Shown here: positions 18,536-27,051 of the stretch, in pieces
How positions within the stretch are numbered: position 1 is the stretch's first letter
Layout: each line of letters begins with the position of its first letter
Assembly: GCF_025345565.1 (NCBI RefSeq)
Contig: NZ_CP054475.1
Coordinates: 2,844,006-2,876,005 of the forward strand
Length of the DNA: 32,000 nt
Direction of reading: 5' to 3'
Source of the DNA: Thalassolituus hydrocarboniclasticus
GTDB taxonomy: Bacteria > Pseudomonadota > Gammaproteobacteria > Pseudomonadales > Oceanobacteraceae
The notes under the pieces: generated by a model
Databases searched by the model: none
Told to the model about the DNA's origin: nothing
What the model saw: the letters and a program-made list of their open reading frames with translations, nothing else
Position numbers and translations under genes: made by a program

Positions 18536-19996
18536 TCAGGCAAAATCTTTTTCTTTACGCTGCAGATTATATTTGCGCATTTTCTCGACCAAAGTCGTAC
18601 GCCGGATATTTAATTTCTCAGCAGCACGGGCCACGATGCCGTTCGCATCATCCAGCGCCTGCTGAATTAATGAACACTCCAGATCCTGCAGATATTCACG
18701 TAAGTCCAGACCATTAACCGGCAGTAATGCGGGAGAGTCGATACCCGCCAGACGGCCATCATTCTGAGTTACATCGGCAATAACCGGCGCCGACAGGCTT
18801 TCGTCATTATCGTCCACATGACGGAATTTCTTCGGCAGTTCATTCACCCCTATCACGCCATAAGGATGCAGAATCGCCAGTCGCTCCACCAGATTGGCCA
18901 GTTCCCGCACGTTTCCATGCCAGTCATGGCGGCACAGCGACATAATAGCGGCAGAATTAAAGCGGATAGAACCACGCTTCTCATTTTCCAGGCGGGAGAT
19001 CAGCTCATTCAGTAATAACGGCAGATCTTCGACGCGCTCCCGCAGGGAGGGCATATCAATCGGGAAAACATTGAGACGATAGTACAAGTCTTCCCGGAAC
19101 GTACCGTCTTCAATCATCTGCTCAAGGTTTTTATGGGTCGCCGCAATGATGCGCACATTCGTCTCAATGGTTTTATTGCTGCCCACACGCTCGAACGTAT
19201 GCTCCTGCAGAACACGCAGTATTTTCACCTGCATATTCAGCGGCATATCGCCGATTTCATCGAGAAACAACGTACCACCTTCAGCCATTTCGAAACGGCC
19301 GGGACGGCTGTTAATGGCTCCGGTAAAGGCACCTTTTTCATGTCCGAACAATTCGCTTTCGAGTAATTCGGCAGGAATAGCACCACAGTTCACCGGTACA
19401 AAAGGCTTGTTCCGGCGGTGGGAATGGTAATGCAGGTTGCGCGCAACCACTTCTTTACCGGTGCCGGATTCACCCTGAATCATCACGCTGACATCTTTAT
19501 CGGCAACCTGCATAATCAGCTCACGAACATGCTGAACCTGACGACTGGTTCCGACCAGACTGCGGAAAAGCTGCACTTCACGGCGCTCTCCACGACTGCG
19601 GTTATGTGTGTATTGTTCGCGGTACACCTGACAGCGGTGCAGACTATCGAGCAGCTTGTTATAACTCGGTGGCATTTCCACATTAGCCAACAACGCACGG
19701 TGAATATGTTCTGGCATGCTATCGGGCAGTGAGCTGTCACCCATAAAAAGAATCGGAATTCCTTTATCCCAGCTCAGCAAACCTTCAATAACATCTTCCA
19801 GCGCAACAGAGTTGCTGTCACCAAGAAGGACGGCGCTGATTTCTGTACTGTCTTCAATTTTACCTTCCACCTCCCTGCGCCAGTCGGTGGTCTGAGCAAC
19901 AATGGCCTCTTCGCCAAGAAAATCAAGAATGACTTTCATGTCGTGTCGCCGCTGCGCATCATCGTCTACCAGCAGTACTTTAATTTCTCTCCACAT
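18536..19996 (-). CDS. fleQ: Flagellar master regulator FleQ (FlrA), a sigma-54-dependent enhancer-binding protein
   Basis: The start is set to [13 protein letters not shown] (ATG at 19996, with GGAAGGAAAGG upstream). From memory, this matches the Pseudomonas FleQ N-terminus. The AAA+ domain has GESGTGKE and GAFTGA, and there is a C-terminal HTH. The motifs LFRS, KEVVARN and ELISR are present. Confidence 0.9.
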   Translation of the reverse strand: MWREIKVLLVDDDAQRRHDMKVILDFLGEEAIVAQTTDWRREVEGKIEDSTEISAVLLGDSNSVALEDVIEGLLSWDKGIPILFMGDSSLPDSMPEHIHRALLANVEMPPSYNKLLDSLHRCQVYREQYTHNRSRGERREVQLFRSLVGTSRQVQHVRELIMQVADKDVSVMIQGESGTGKEVVARNLHYHSHRRNKPFVPVNCGAIPAELLESELFGHEKGAFTGAINSRPGRFEMAEGGTLFLDEIGDMPLNMQVKILRVLQEHTFERVGSNKTIETNVRIIAATHKNLEQMIEDGTFREDLYYRLNVFPIDMPSLRERVEDLPLLLNELISRLENEKRGSIRFNSAAIMSLCRHDWHGNVRELANLVERLAILHPYGVIGVNELPKKFRHVDDNDESLSAPVIADVTQNDGRLAGIDSPALLPVNGLDLREYLQDLECSLIQQALDDANGIVARAAEKLNIRRTTLVEKMRKYNLQRKEKDFA

Positions 19997-20047
19997 GGTG
20001 GTCAGCCTTTCCTTCCCAATGTGACTATCGGTCAATTCTTCTTTTTA

Positions 20048-20119
20048 TAACGTCATAAGATTGACTGGAACTACGTAAGTTAAGTAGCAATCCACAAGCA
20101 AGTCAAACTTCTGACGTTA
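20048..20119. repeat. 72-bp imperfect palindrome in the fleQ upstream region
   Basis: The left arm is TAACGTCATAAGATTGACT (20048-20066). The reverse complement of the right arm (20101-20119) is TAACGTCAGAAGTTTGACT, a 17/19 match. The spacer is 34 nt and itself contains CTAC...GTAG. Confidence 0.6.
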
Positions 20120-20186
20120 AATAATAATTTGTTGTTAAGCGCTCACGCCGGGGGCATTTATAGCTGAATGTGTCGTCAAAAGACAA

Positions 20187-20219
20187 GGCACAATCCGTCT
20201 ATCCATGACAAATTGTGCC
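20187..20219 (-). terminator. Possible weak terminator or hairpin downstream of fliS
   Basis: The stem GGCACAAT...ATTGTGCC (8 bp) has a 17-nt loop and is followed on the minus strand by TTGTCTTTTG. The large loop keeps confidence low. Confidence 0.3.
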
Positions 20220-20246
20220 GGAATTCTGGAGGGAAATGATTAATTT

Positions 20247-20711
20247 TCAGACAGAAATATGACTTTCCAGACGGGCATCGCTGACAGCTGTAACAGAAGG
20301 CGATGATGCGCTGCCATTCAGACCTTGCAGATATTCCTGACGGATACCATCCCAGCCCTGTTTAACTTCCAGCAATAAACTCATGACCTCATCAATCATG
20401 GCCAGATCATTCTGACTGGTGGCTTCCAGCAGACGCCGGTTCATATAGTCGTAAAGACGGTCAAGGTTTTGCGACAACTCACCACCCGCCGAATGATCCA
20501 GACTGCCCTGCAATGTCTGGATAATTTCCATTACCCGTCCCAGCAGATTGGCCTTGGTGTCCATCTCTTTGCGTTCGATGGCTCCTTTCGCCTGTGACAT
20601 ACGCGTCAGCGCTGCCTCCATTAACAATTGAATCAGGCGATGAGGATCGGCATCCAACACCTCGGAAGTCACGTTTACCTGCTGATATTGCTGCGCACCG
20701 CTCTTATACAT
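20247..20711 (-). CDS. fliS: Flagellin-specific export chaperone FliS
   Basis: 154 aa from the ATG at 20711, which has an AGGAGA RBS 7 nt upstream. The sequence begins MYKSGAQQYQQVNVTSEVLDADPHRLIQLLMEAALTRM and contains LDRLYDYMNRRLLEA, both typical of FliS. The 47 extra residues in the track ORF are rejected. Confidence 0.85.
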   Translation of the reverse strand: MYKSGAQQYQQVNVTSEVLDADPHRLIQLLMEAALTRMSQAKGAIERKEMDTKANLLGRVMEIIQTLQGSLDHSAGGELSQNLDRLYDYMNRRLLEATSQNDLAMIDEVMSLLLEVKQGWDGIRQEYLQGLNGSASSPSVTAVSDARLESHISV

Positions 20712-20748
20712 GTCACGTCTCCTGAATTCACAAAGGCCTGTTACCAGT

Positions 20749-20775
20749 ATTACGGCCGTACGGAGAATTTCTTTA
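20749..20775 (-). promoter_or_regulatory. Candidate sigma-28 (FliA) promoter for fliS
   Basis: The minus strand reads TAAAGAAA-N11-GCCGTAAT, against the consensus TAAAGTTT-N11-GCCGATAA. TAAAG and GCCG match perfectly and the spacing is exact. It ends 38 nt upstream of the fliS ATG. Confidence 0.4.
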
Positions 20776-20908
20776 GCCTCTGATTTAACAGACGGCCATG
20801 CCCAGTATTCCATAAAAACGGCAAGACCTCGCCGGACGGCAACCTGTAACACCCCCGATTGCCGCTATAGATATTCTCAAAGTCCTTAGTATTCAATGAG
20901 TTAGGAAA

Positions 20909-20923
20909 TGGCACGCATTGTGC
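20909..20923 (+). promoter_or_regulatory. Sigma-54-type promoter upstream of the TPR-methyltransferase gene
   Basis: The plus strand reads TGGCACGCATTGTGC. The -24 element TGGCACG is perfect and the -12 element is GTGC, at canonical spacing. The -12 element lies 44 nt upstream of the ATG at 20967. Confidence 0.5.
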
Positions 20924-20966
20924 TGATAGCCGGATTGTCAGTGCATTTTTTAATGAGGCTTCAATT

Positions 20967-22985
20967 ATGGCTAGCGCACAACTACAGACCGTCGCCCGCA
21001 ACGGTACAGGTGAATACCGCCACCTGTATGAACTGGCGAGCAAGCTGTACAGCGATGCGGTCGCACAGCAGGATGAACACCTGCTGCAGGAAGCCTGTGC
21101 GCTGGCAGAAGCAGCACAGCAGCTGCGCCCCGACAACCTTGCCGGATTAAATCTTCTTGCCCGGATTGAATTACAGCAGCACCATCTGGCGGCCGCGGAA
21201 TACTGGGTAAACCGTGGTCTGGCACTTAAACCAGACAGCGCCAGCCTGCTGTACAGTGCAGGCCATATTGCGCTGAGCCAGCAACAGCTGGATAAAGCCG
21301 AGGATTATTTCACCCGCTCCAGCCGTATCTCACGGGTGGCCACTAAAGCAGCCAACTTTCTTGCCCACGTTAAATTATTACAGGGCGATTATGTTGAAGC
21401 ATTCCGTCATTATCGTGAACTGGTCAAAACCCAGTCACGCGACAAACAGATCCGCAGTAAATTATTTGAATCCGCCTCACAGGTTATTGCAGATTTTTAT
21501 TCGGAAGAGCTGGAACAGGATCTGTTACGCTACCTCGACTTTACTGATACCGATCACAGCCAGTTACGCAGCCTGACCACCTCACTGCTGAAACATAAAT
21601 TACGGCTATCTGAAGCCGGATGTCCGCTTGAGCTGGAAACCATTGCCAGCGATAACCTGCTGTTAAAATCCCTGACCCGTTTTTATTTTTGCGACCCGCT
21701 GATTGAACGTCTGCTGCTGACGCTGAGAAAATCATTGTTATTATCCTGCAGCAGCAATCTTGCAATAAAAAAAGACCTGCTACCTCTGGTAACTTCGCTG
21801 GCGCACCAGTGTTCGCTGAATGAGTCCGTATGGTATACAACTACTCAGGAAGAAGCTCTGGTACAGCAGTTGGAAATGCTGTGCAGTAAAATGCTGAACA
21901 TCGATGAATTACAGGCAACCGATATTTATCCGGCTATGCTGCTGGTGCAAATGTACAAGCCGCTAATTCATTGTGAGTTTTTTCAGGCACTGACTCAGAA
22001 GAAACTGCAATGGCCAAAAATGATGGATAGTCTGGTTCGTTCGGCAGTCACTGAACAGCAGAACCTGAGTCGCCTTCTTGATACCATTCCAACGATTGGC
22101 ATCTGCGCCGACAGTACCTCAAAGAAAGTTCAGCAACAGTATAATCAGAATCCTTATCCACGCTGGACCGATATCGGTTACAGCCAGCCGGGCAATTATA
22201 AAACTGCGCTACAGTCTGCTTTTCCACAACATGAACTTCTGCCCCAAACAGACAATGGAACCCTGAACATTCTGGTAGCAGGCTGCGGCACAGGCCGCCA
22301 TGCTATTCGCCTTGCGCAATATTTCACGCAGGTAAAAGTCAGCGCTCTGGACCTGAGCCATAGCGCACTGGCTTATGCCAAATATCAGGCGGAGAAACGC
22401 CACTGCCATAATATTCACTTTATGCAGGGTGATATTCTGCAACTTGATAATCTGCGTGAAACTTTTGACGTAATAGAGTGCTCAGGTGTTTTACATCATA
22501 TGCACTCCCCCATCACCGGTCTGCGGGCATTAGCACAACAGCTGAAATCCGGCGGCGTAATCAAAATTGCGCTTTACAGTGCCACTGCGCGCCAGAAAAT
22601 CAGTGAGCTGCGTAAACTCTGGGGAAATAAACTACCAGGGAAACCTGCAGAAATGCGTCTGATAAGGGAAGCTCTGCTGCAGGGGTCTATCGAAGGTGAT
22701 TGGAAAGAGATCTATAATTCACCGGATTTTTACAGCCTGAGCGCCTGTCGTGATCTGCTGTTTCATGAGCAGGAGCATGTGTTTGATGTACTGGAATTAG
22801 AAGACTTTCTGGCCGGAGCCGGACTGGAATGGATTGGCATGTTGCCACCGCCCGACTCGCAGGAATTACTCAGCCTTACAGGTAAACACAGCAGCCGGAT
22901 TAGCCCCGAAGAATGGCACACGCTGGAACAGAACAACCCGCAACTCTTTGCCGGCATGTACCAGTTTTATGCACGTAAGCCTTAA
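20967..22985 (+). CDS. TPR-repeat protein fused to a class I SAM-dependent methyltransferase (substrate unknown)
   Basis: 672 aa. The N-terminal TPR-like repeats read LNLLARIELQQHHLAAAEYWVNRGLALKPDSASLLYSAGHIAL. The motif QQYNQNPYPRW precedes MTase motif I (LNILVAGCGTGRHA) and post-I/II motifs (VSALDLS, FDVIECSGVLHHM). Confidence 0.8.
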   Translation: MASAQLQTVARNGTGEYRHLYELASKLYSDAVAQQDEHLLQEACALAEAAQQLRPDNLAGLNLLARIELQQHHLAAAEYWVNRGLALKPDSASLLYSAGHIALSQQQLDKAEDYFTRSSRISRVATKAANFLAHVKLLQGDYVEAFRHYRELVKTQSRDKQIRSKLFESASQVIADFYSEELEQDLLRYLDFTDTDHSQLRSLTTSLLKHKLRLSEAGCPLELETIASDNLLLKSLTRFYFCDPLIERLLLTLRKSLLLSCSSNLAIKKDLLPLVTSLAHQCSLNESVWYTTTQEEALVQQLEMLCSKMLNIDELQATDIYPAMLLVQMYKPLIHCEFFQALTQKKLQWPKMMDSLVRSAVTEQQNLSRLLDTIPTIGICADSTSKKVQQQYNQNPYPRWTDIGYSQPGNYKTALQSAFPQHELLPQTDNGTLNILVAGCGTGRHAIRLAQYFTQVKVSALDLSHSALAYAKYQAEKRHCHNIHFMQGDILQLDNLRETFDVIECSGVLHHMHSPITGLRALAQQLKSGGVIKIALYSATARQKISELRKLWGNKLPGKPAEMRLIREALLQGSIEGDWKEIYNSPDFYSLSACRDLLFHEQEHVFDVLELEDFLAGAGLEWIGMLPPPDSQELLSLTGKHSSRISPEEWHTLEQNNPQLFAGMYQFYARKP

Positions 22986-23005
22986 TTTCTCTGCAGCAAC
23001 AGGAA

Positions 23006-23683
23006 TTACAGCTGCCACTGTATCGGTGCTTCACCACGGGAAATAAGGTAATCGTTAATACGTGAAAACTGGTGATTCCCGAAAAATCCGCGGTGCGCGG
23101 ATAACGGTGAAGGATGCACCGACTTCAGCACCAGGTGTTTCTGCGGATCAATGACGGCACCTTTTTTCTGCGCATAACTGCCCCAGAGTACAAATACCAA
23201 CCCTTCTCGCTGTTCATTCAGTGCACGGATAGCCGCATCGGTAAATTGCTCCCAGCCTTTGCCCTGATGTGATCCGGCATTGGCCTGTTCCACCGTCAGC
23301 GTTGCATTCAATAATAAAACGCCCTGATCAGCCCACGGGGTCAGATCACCACTGCCACTCATATGCAGACCAAGGTCACCTTCAATTTCTTTAAAAATAT
23401 TCACCAGCGACGGTGGAATTTTTACCCCAGGCTGCACCGAAAAACTTAAACCATGAGCCTGCCCCGGACCGTGGTACGGGTCCTGACCAATAATCACCAC
23501 ACGCACCTGCTGAAAGGGCGTGTGATTAAAGGCATTAAAAATCTGCGGACCCGGTGGAAAAATAACCTTACCCGCCGCCTTCTCTGCCTTGAGAAATTCG
23601 CGCAGATTATGCATATAAGGCTGCTCCAGTTCAGAACCAAGCACTGCCTGCCAGGATGGATGTAATTCTCCGGCTTTTCCCAT
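23006..23683 (-). CDS. ung: Uracil-DNA glycosylase
   Basis: 225 aa from the ATG at 23683, with an AAGGAT RBS. Motifs are [16 protein letters not shown] and [11 protein letters not shown]. Confidence 0.9.
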   Translation of the reverse strand: MGKAGELHPSWQAVLGSELEQPYMHNLREFLKAEKAAGKVIFPPGPQIFNAFNHTPFQQVRVVIIGQDPYHGPGQAHGLSFSVQPGVKIPPSLVNIFKEIEGDLGLHMSGSGDLTPWADQGVLLLNATLTVEQANAGSHQGKGWEQFTDAAIRALNEQREGLVFVLWGSYAQKKGAVIDPQKHLVLKSVHPSPLSAHRGFFGNHQFSRINDYLISRGEAPIQWQL

Positions 23684-23740
23684 GATGAATATCCTTAAAA
23701 ACTGTCTGTTAACTGTCCGGGTTGTCTGTGGCAACAGGCC

Positions 23741-23771
23741 CTAACAAAACAGGCAGCCGAAGCTGCCTGTT
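23741..23771 (-). terminator. Rho-independent terminator downstream of lysS
   Basis: A perfect 10-bp stem, AACAGGCAGC-cgaa-GCTGCCTGTT (23748-23771), is followed on the minus strand by TTTTGTTAG. Confidence 0.6.
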
Positions 23772-23790
23772 GTTATCGTCTGCTCAGCGC

Positions 23791-25323
23791 TTAATCCACC
23801 AGAGGCTTCATGTGCGGGAACAGAATAACGTCTTTAATGGTGTGGCTGTTGGTAAACAGCATCACCAGACGGTCGATACCAATACCTTCACCAGCAGTTG
23901 GTGGCAGACCGTATTCCAGCGCGCGCACGTAGTCTTCGTCGTAGTGCATCGCTTCATCATCGCCGGCGTCTTTTTCTTCAACCTGCTTACGGAAACGGGC
24001 AGCCTGATCTTCGGCATCATTAAGCTCAGAGAAGCCATTGGCCAGCTCACGCCCGCCGACAAAGAATTCAAAGCGGTCGGTCACAAACGGGTTGTCGTCA
24101 TTGCGGCGCGCCAGTGGTGACACTTCCCACGGATATTCGGTAATAAAGGTCGGCTGATCCAGCTTCTCTTCGGCGGTGGCTTCAAAGATTTCACACACCA
24201 GCTTACCGGCACCCCAGCCTGCTTCTTTCGGCCCCAGATGAATACCCACGCTGCGGGCATACTCTTTCAGGGTTTCGATGTTGTTTTCAGCATCGCGCAG
24301 AACAGCCGCGTCCATTTCCGGATTATATTTGAGGATGGCATCGACCATGCTCATACGGGTAAATGGCTGGGCAAAGTCGTAGGTCGCATCGCCGTATTCC
24401 AGCGTAGTGGTACCCAGTACGCTTTCCGCCAGGAAGCGCAGCATGGCTTCCGTGGTATCCATCATATCGCGGTAATCGGCATAGGCCTGATAGAACTCGA
24501 TCATGGTGAATTCAGGATTGTGACGGGTGCTCAGACCTTCGTTACGGAAGTTACGGTTAATCTCGAACACGCGGTCAAAACCGCCCACCACCAGACGCTT
24601 CAGGTACAGCTCCGGTGCAATGCGCAGGAACATATCGATGCCCAGTGCATTGTGGTGGGTTTCAAACGGCTTGGCCGATGCACCACCGGGAATAGTTTGC
24701 AGCATCGGGGTTTCCACTTCCATAAAGCCGCGCTGCGACAGGAAGTAACGGATACCTTCAATAATTTTTGAGCGGATCAGGAAGGTACGGCGGGTATCTT
24801 CGTTAATGATCAGGTCAACGTAGCGCTGACGGTATTTCATTTCCTGGTCGGCCAGACCGTGGAATTTATCCGGCAGCGGACGCAGTGCCTTGGTCAGGAT
24901 GCGGAAGTTGCTGAGCTCGTCGATATCGACATACAGCTCGCCCTTGCCGGACAGGTGTAACGTACCGGAGCCGGCAACGATGTCACCCAGATCGAGCATC
25001 TGCCAGGCTTCGCTTTCTTTCTGCATGCCTTTGGCCATGTAAATCTGGATCGAGCCGGTGCTGTCCTGAATACCCACAAAAGGACCACCGCGACGCATCA
25101 CACGTCCGGCAACAGCAACACGGATACCGGCAGCAGCCAGTTCTTCCTGACTCTTGCTGCCGTGTTCGGCTTTCAGTTCACCGGCCAGATGTTCACGACG
25201 GAAATCGTTCGGGTGAGCATTTGATTTACAGTTGCTGCGCAGCTGTTCAAGCTTGGCACGGCGCTCGGCGATCAGTTTGTTCTCATCCTGAGCTGGCTGC
25301 TCGGTCACTTTGTTGTCTGTCAT
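23791..25323 (-). CDS. lysS: Lysine--tRNA ligase (class II)
   Basis: 510 aa. It has an OB anticodon-binding fold and class II motifs ([32 protein letters not shown]). It lies 38 nt downstream of prfB, the arrangement of the conserved prfB-lysS operon. Confidence 0.95.
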   Translation of the reverse strand: MTDNKVTEQPAQDENKLIAERRAKLEQLRSNCKSNAHPNDFRREHLAGELKAEHGSKSQEELAAAGIRVAVAGRVMRRGGPFVGIQDSTGSIQIYMAKGMQKESEAWQMLDLGDIVAGSGTLHLSGKGELYVDIDELSNFRILTKALRPLPDKFHGLADQEMKYRQRYVDLIINEDTRRTFLIRSKIIEGIRYFLSQRGFMEVETPMLQTIPGGASAKPFETHHNALGIDMFLRIAPELYLKRLVVGGFDRVFEINRNFRNEGLSTRHNPEFTMIEFYQAYADYRDMMDTTEAMLRFLAESVLGTTTLEYGDATYDFAQPFTRMSMVDAILKYNPEMDAAVLRDAENNIETLKEYARSVGIHLGPKEAGWGAGKLVCEIFEATAEEKLDQPTFITEYPWEVSPLARRNDDNPFVTDRFEFFVGGRELANGFSELNDAEDQAARFRKQVEEKDAGDDEAMHYDEDYVRALEYGLPPTAGEGIGIDRLVMLFTNSHTIKDVILFPHMKPLVD

Positions 25324-25361
25324 GGTGTTACCCTAAAAATTAGATGATACGAAGCGTGTGG

Positions 25362-26457
25362 TTACAGGCCTTTTTTCAGGCTGGCTTCGATAAACTGGTC
25401 AAGATCGCCGTCCAGTACCGCCTGGGTATTACGGGTTTCAACCCCGGTACGCAGGTCTTTGATACGGGCATCGTCAAGCACGTAAGAACGGATCTGGCTG
25501 CCCCAGCCGATATCCGACTTGGTATCTTCCAGCGCCTGAGCCTCAGCATTACGCTTCTGCATTTCCAGCTCATACAGCTTGGCTTTCAGCTGCTTCATCG
25601 CCTGGTCTTTGTTCTTGTGCTGCGAACGGTCATTCTGGCACTGAGTCACGATACCGGACGGCATGTGGGTAATACGCACCGCCGATTCGGTCCGGTTAAC
25701 GTGCTGACCACCGGCACCGGAGGCGCGGTAAACGTCGATACGCAGGTCGGCCGGGTTAATCTCGATATCGATATTGTCGTCCACTTCCGGCGATACGAAC
25801 ACCGATGAGAATGACGTATGGCGACGGTTGCCGGAGTCAAACGGGCTCTTACGTACCAGACGGTGTACACCGGTTTCGGTACGTAACCAGCCATAGGCAT
25901 ATTCACCCTCGACGCGGATAGTAGCGCCTTTGATGCCCGCGACTTCGCCTTCAGACACTTCCATCAGCTCGCCTTTGAAGCCATGCGCTTCGATCCAGCG
26001 CAGGTACATACGCAGCATCATGTTCGCCCAGTCCTGGGCTTCAGTGCCGCCGGAGCCGGACTGGATTTCAACGTAGCAGTTGTTCGGGTCCAGTTCGCCG
26101 GAGAACATACGGCGGAATTCCAGCACTTCCAGTTCTTTCTGCAGGGCAGCCAGTTCGGCGCGGATATCTTCTACCGAGTTTTCGTCTTCTTCCTCAACGG
26201 CCATGTCCAGCAGGTCACGGGCGTCACTCAGGCCGGTATCCAGGGTATCAATGGTTTTGACCACATTTTCCAGAGCAGAGCGTTCTTTGCCCAGCTCCTG
26301 CGCGCGTTCCGGGTTATCCCAGACGTCGCCCTGTGACAGTTCCTGTTCTACTTCTTCCAGACGCTCAAGCTTGTTGGCGTAGTCAAAGATACCCCCTAAG
26401 CACGTCGGTGCGCGCTGTCAGGTCTTTGATGGTTTCGAGGATCGGATTAATTTCCAA
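25362..26457 (-). CDS. prfB: Peptide chain release factor 2, expressed through a programmed +1 frameshift
   Basis: Frame 0 runs from the TTG at 26457 (M)[23 protein letters not shown] to the TGA at 26385..26383. The +1 frame continues [34 protein letters not shown] and joins the track ORF 25362..26264. The SPF (RKSPFDSG) and GGQ (SGAGGQHVN) motifs are present. Confidence 0.9.
26382..26397 (-). other. prfB programmed +1 ribosomal frameshift site
   Basis: The minus strand reads CTT AGG GGG TAT CTT TGA C. An internal SD-like AGGGGG lies 3 nt before the slippery CUU-UGA-C, identical in layout to the classical RF2 autoregulatory site. Confidence 0.85.
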
Positions 26458-26778
26458 TGTAATACCCTGTTGTCATCCGGCAGACAGGCCGGTCGGAGTC
26501 AGTACGGCCAGCACTCAGGGCGCTGACGACAAAAAAGAGGCAGCATTTTACAGAAGTCAGGCGCCGGATGCGAGTGTGTTTCGGGGGGAGTCAGCGCAGC
26601 AAGACGGCTCAGCCGGGGCCTGAAGAACACAGCGGCTACAGGCAATGATTGACCATCCCGCTGTGGATGTTGCCACCGTTTATGGAACAGACAGGAAATA
26701 TACAATAAGGCTATTGCAAATCCTTCGCATTAAGATTACATTGCAAATCAAACTGATTCGCATCCGGATTTGATTACC

Positions 26779-26973
26779 ATGTACGTATGTTTGTGCAAAG
26801 CCGTTACCCAACAACAGATTGAGCAGGCCGTCGAGCAAGGCGACAGCTACGCCCAGATCCGTCAGAAGCTGGGTGTTGGTACTGACTGCGGCTGCTGTGG
26901 CCAGAGCGCCAAGCAGATGATCCGTGAGCATACATCCCGCCTGCCGCCCTGCGAGTTCGCAGTAGCCAGCTGA
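26779..26973 (+). CDS. bfd: Bacterioferritin-associated ferredoxin (Bfd-like [2Fe-2S] protein)
   Basis: 64 aa from the ATG at 26779, beginning MYVCLCKAVTQQQIEQAV and containing GTDCGCCG. The cysteine pattern is C-x-C...C-x2-C, and length and N-terminus match Bfd. The track ORF starts 9 nt earlier at a TTG. Confidence 0.8.
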   Translation: MYVCLCKAVTQQQIEQAVEQGDSYAQIRQKLGVGTDCGCCGQSAKQMIREHTSRLPPCEFAVAS

Positions 26974-26993
26974 GAAAACTGACATTCAGATGC

Positions 26994-27023
26994 AAAAAAA
27001 GAGCGCCCTGGGCGCTCTTTTTT
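26994..27023. terminator. Bidirectional rho-independent terminator between bfd (+) and the SnoaL-like gene (-)
   Basis: The sequence is AAAAAAA-GAGCGCC-ctg-GGCGCTC-TTTTTT. The 7-bp GC stem is flanked by an A-run and a T-run, so it can work in both directions. Confidence 0.7.
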
Positions 27024-27051
27024 ATTGGCTGACAAGGACAACACTGAGCCT

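Noticed and set aside
20712-20852. The 47-codon N-terminal extension of the fliS ORF. Analogous short extensions exist for fleQ (19997..20035), ung (23684..23734), the STAS gene (739..816) and the MCP gene (6048..6080).
   Set aside because: Internal ATGs with good RBSs give proteins that match the family N-termini. The extensions have no RBS and run into intergenic or promoter sequence or into neighbouring genes.
20908-21150. An 80-aa plus-strand ORF (MARIVLIAG...) starting inside the fliS/methyltransferase intergenic region
   Set aside because: Its ATG is part of the TGGCACG sigma-54 -24 element. It overlaps the 672-aa methyltransferase ORF out of frame and has no RBS.
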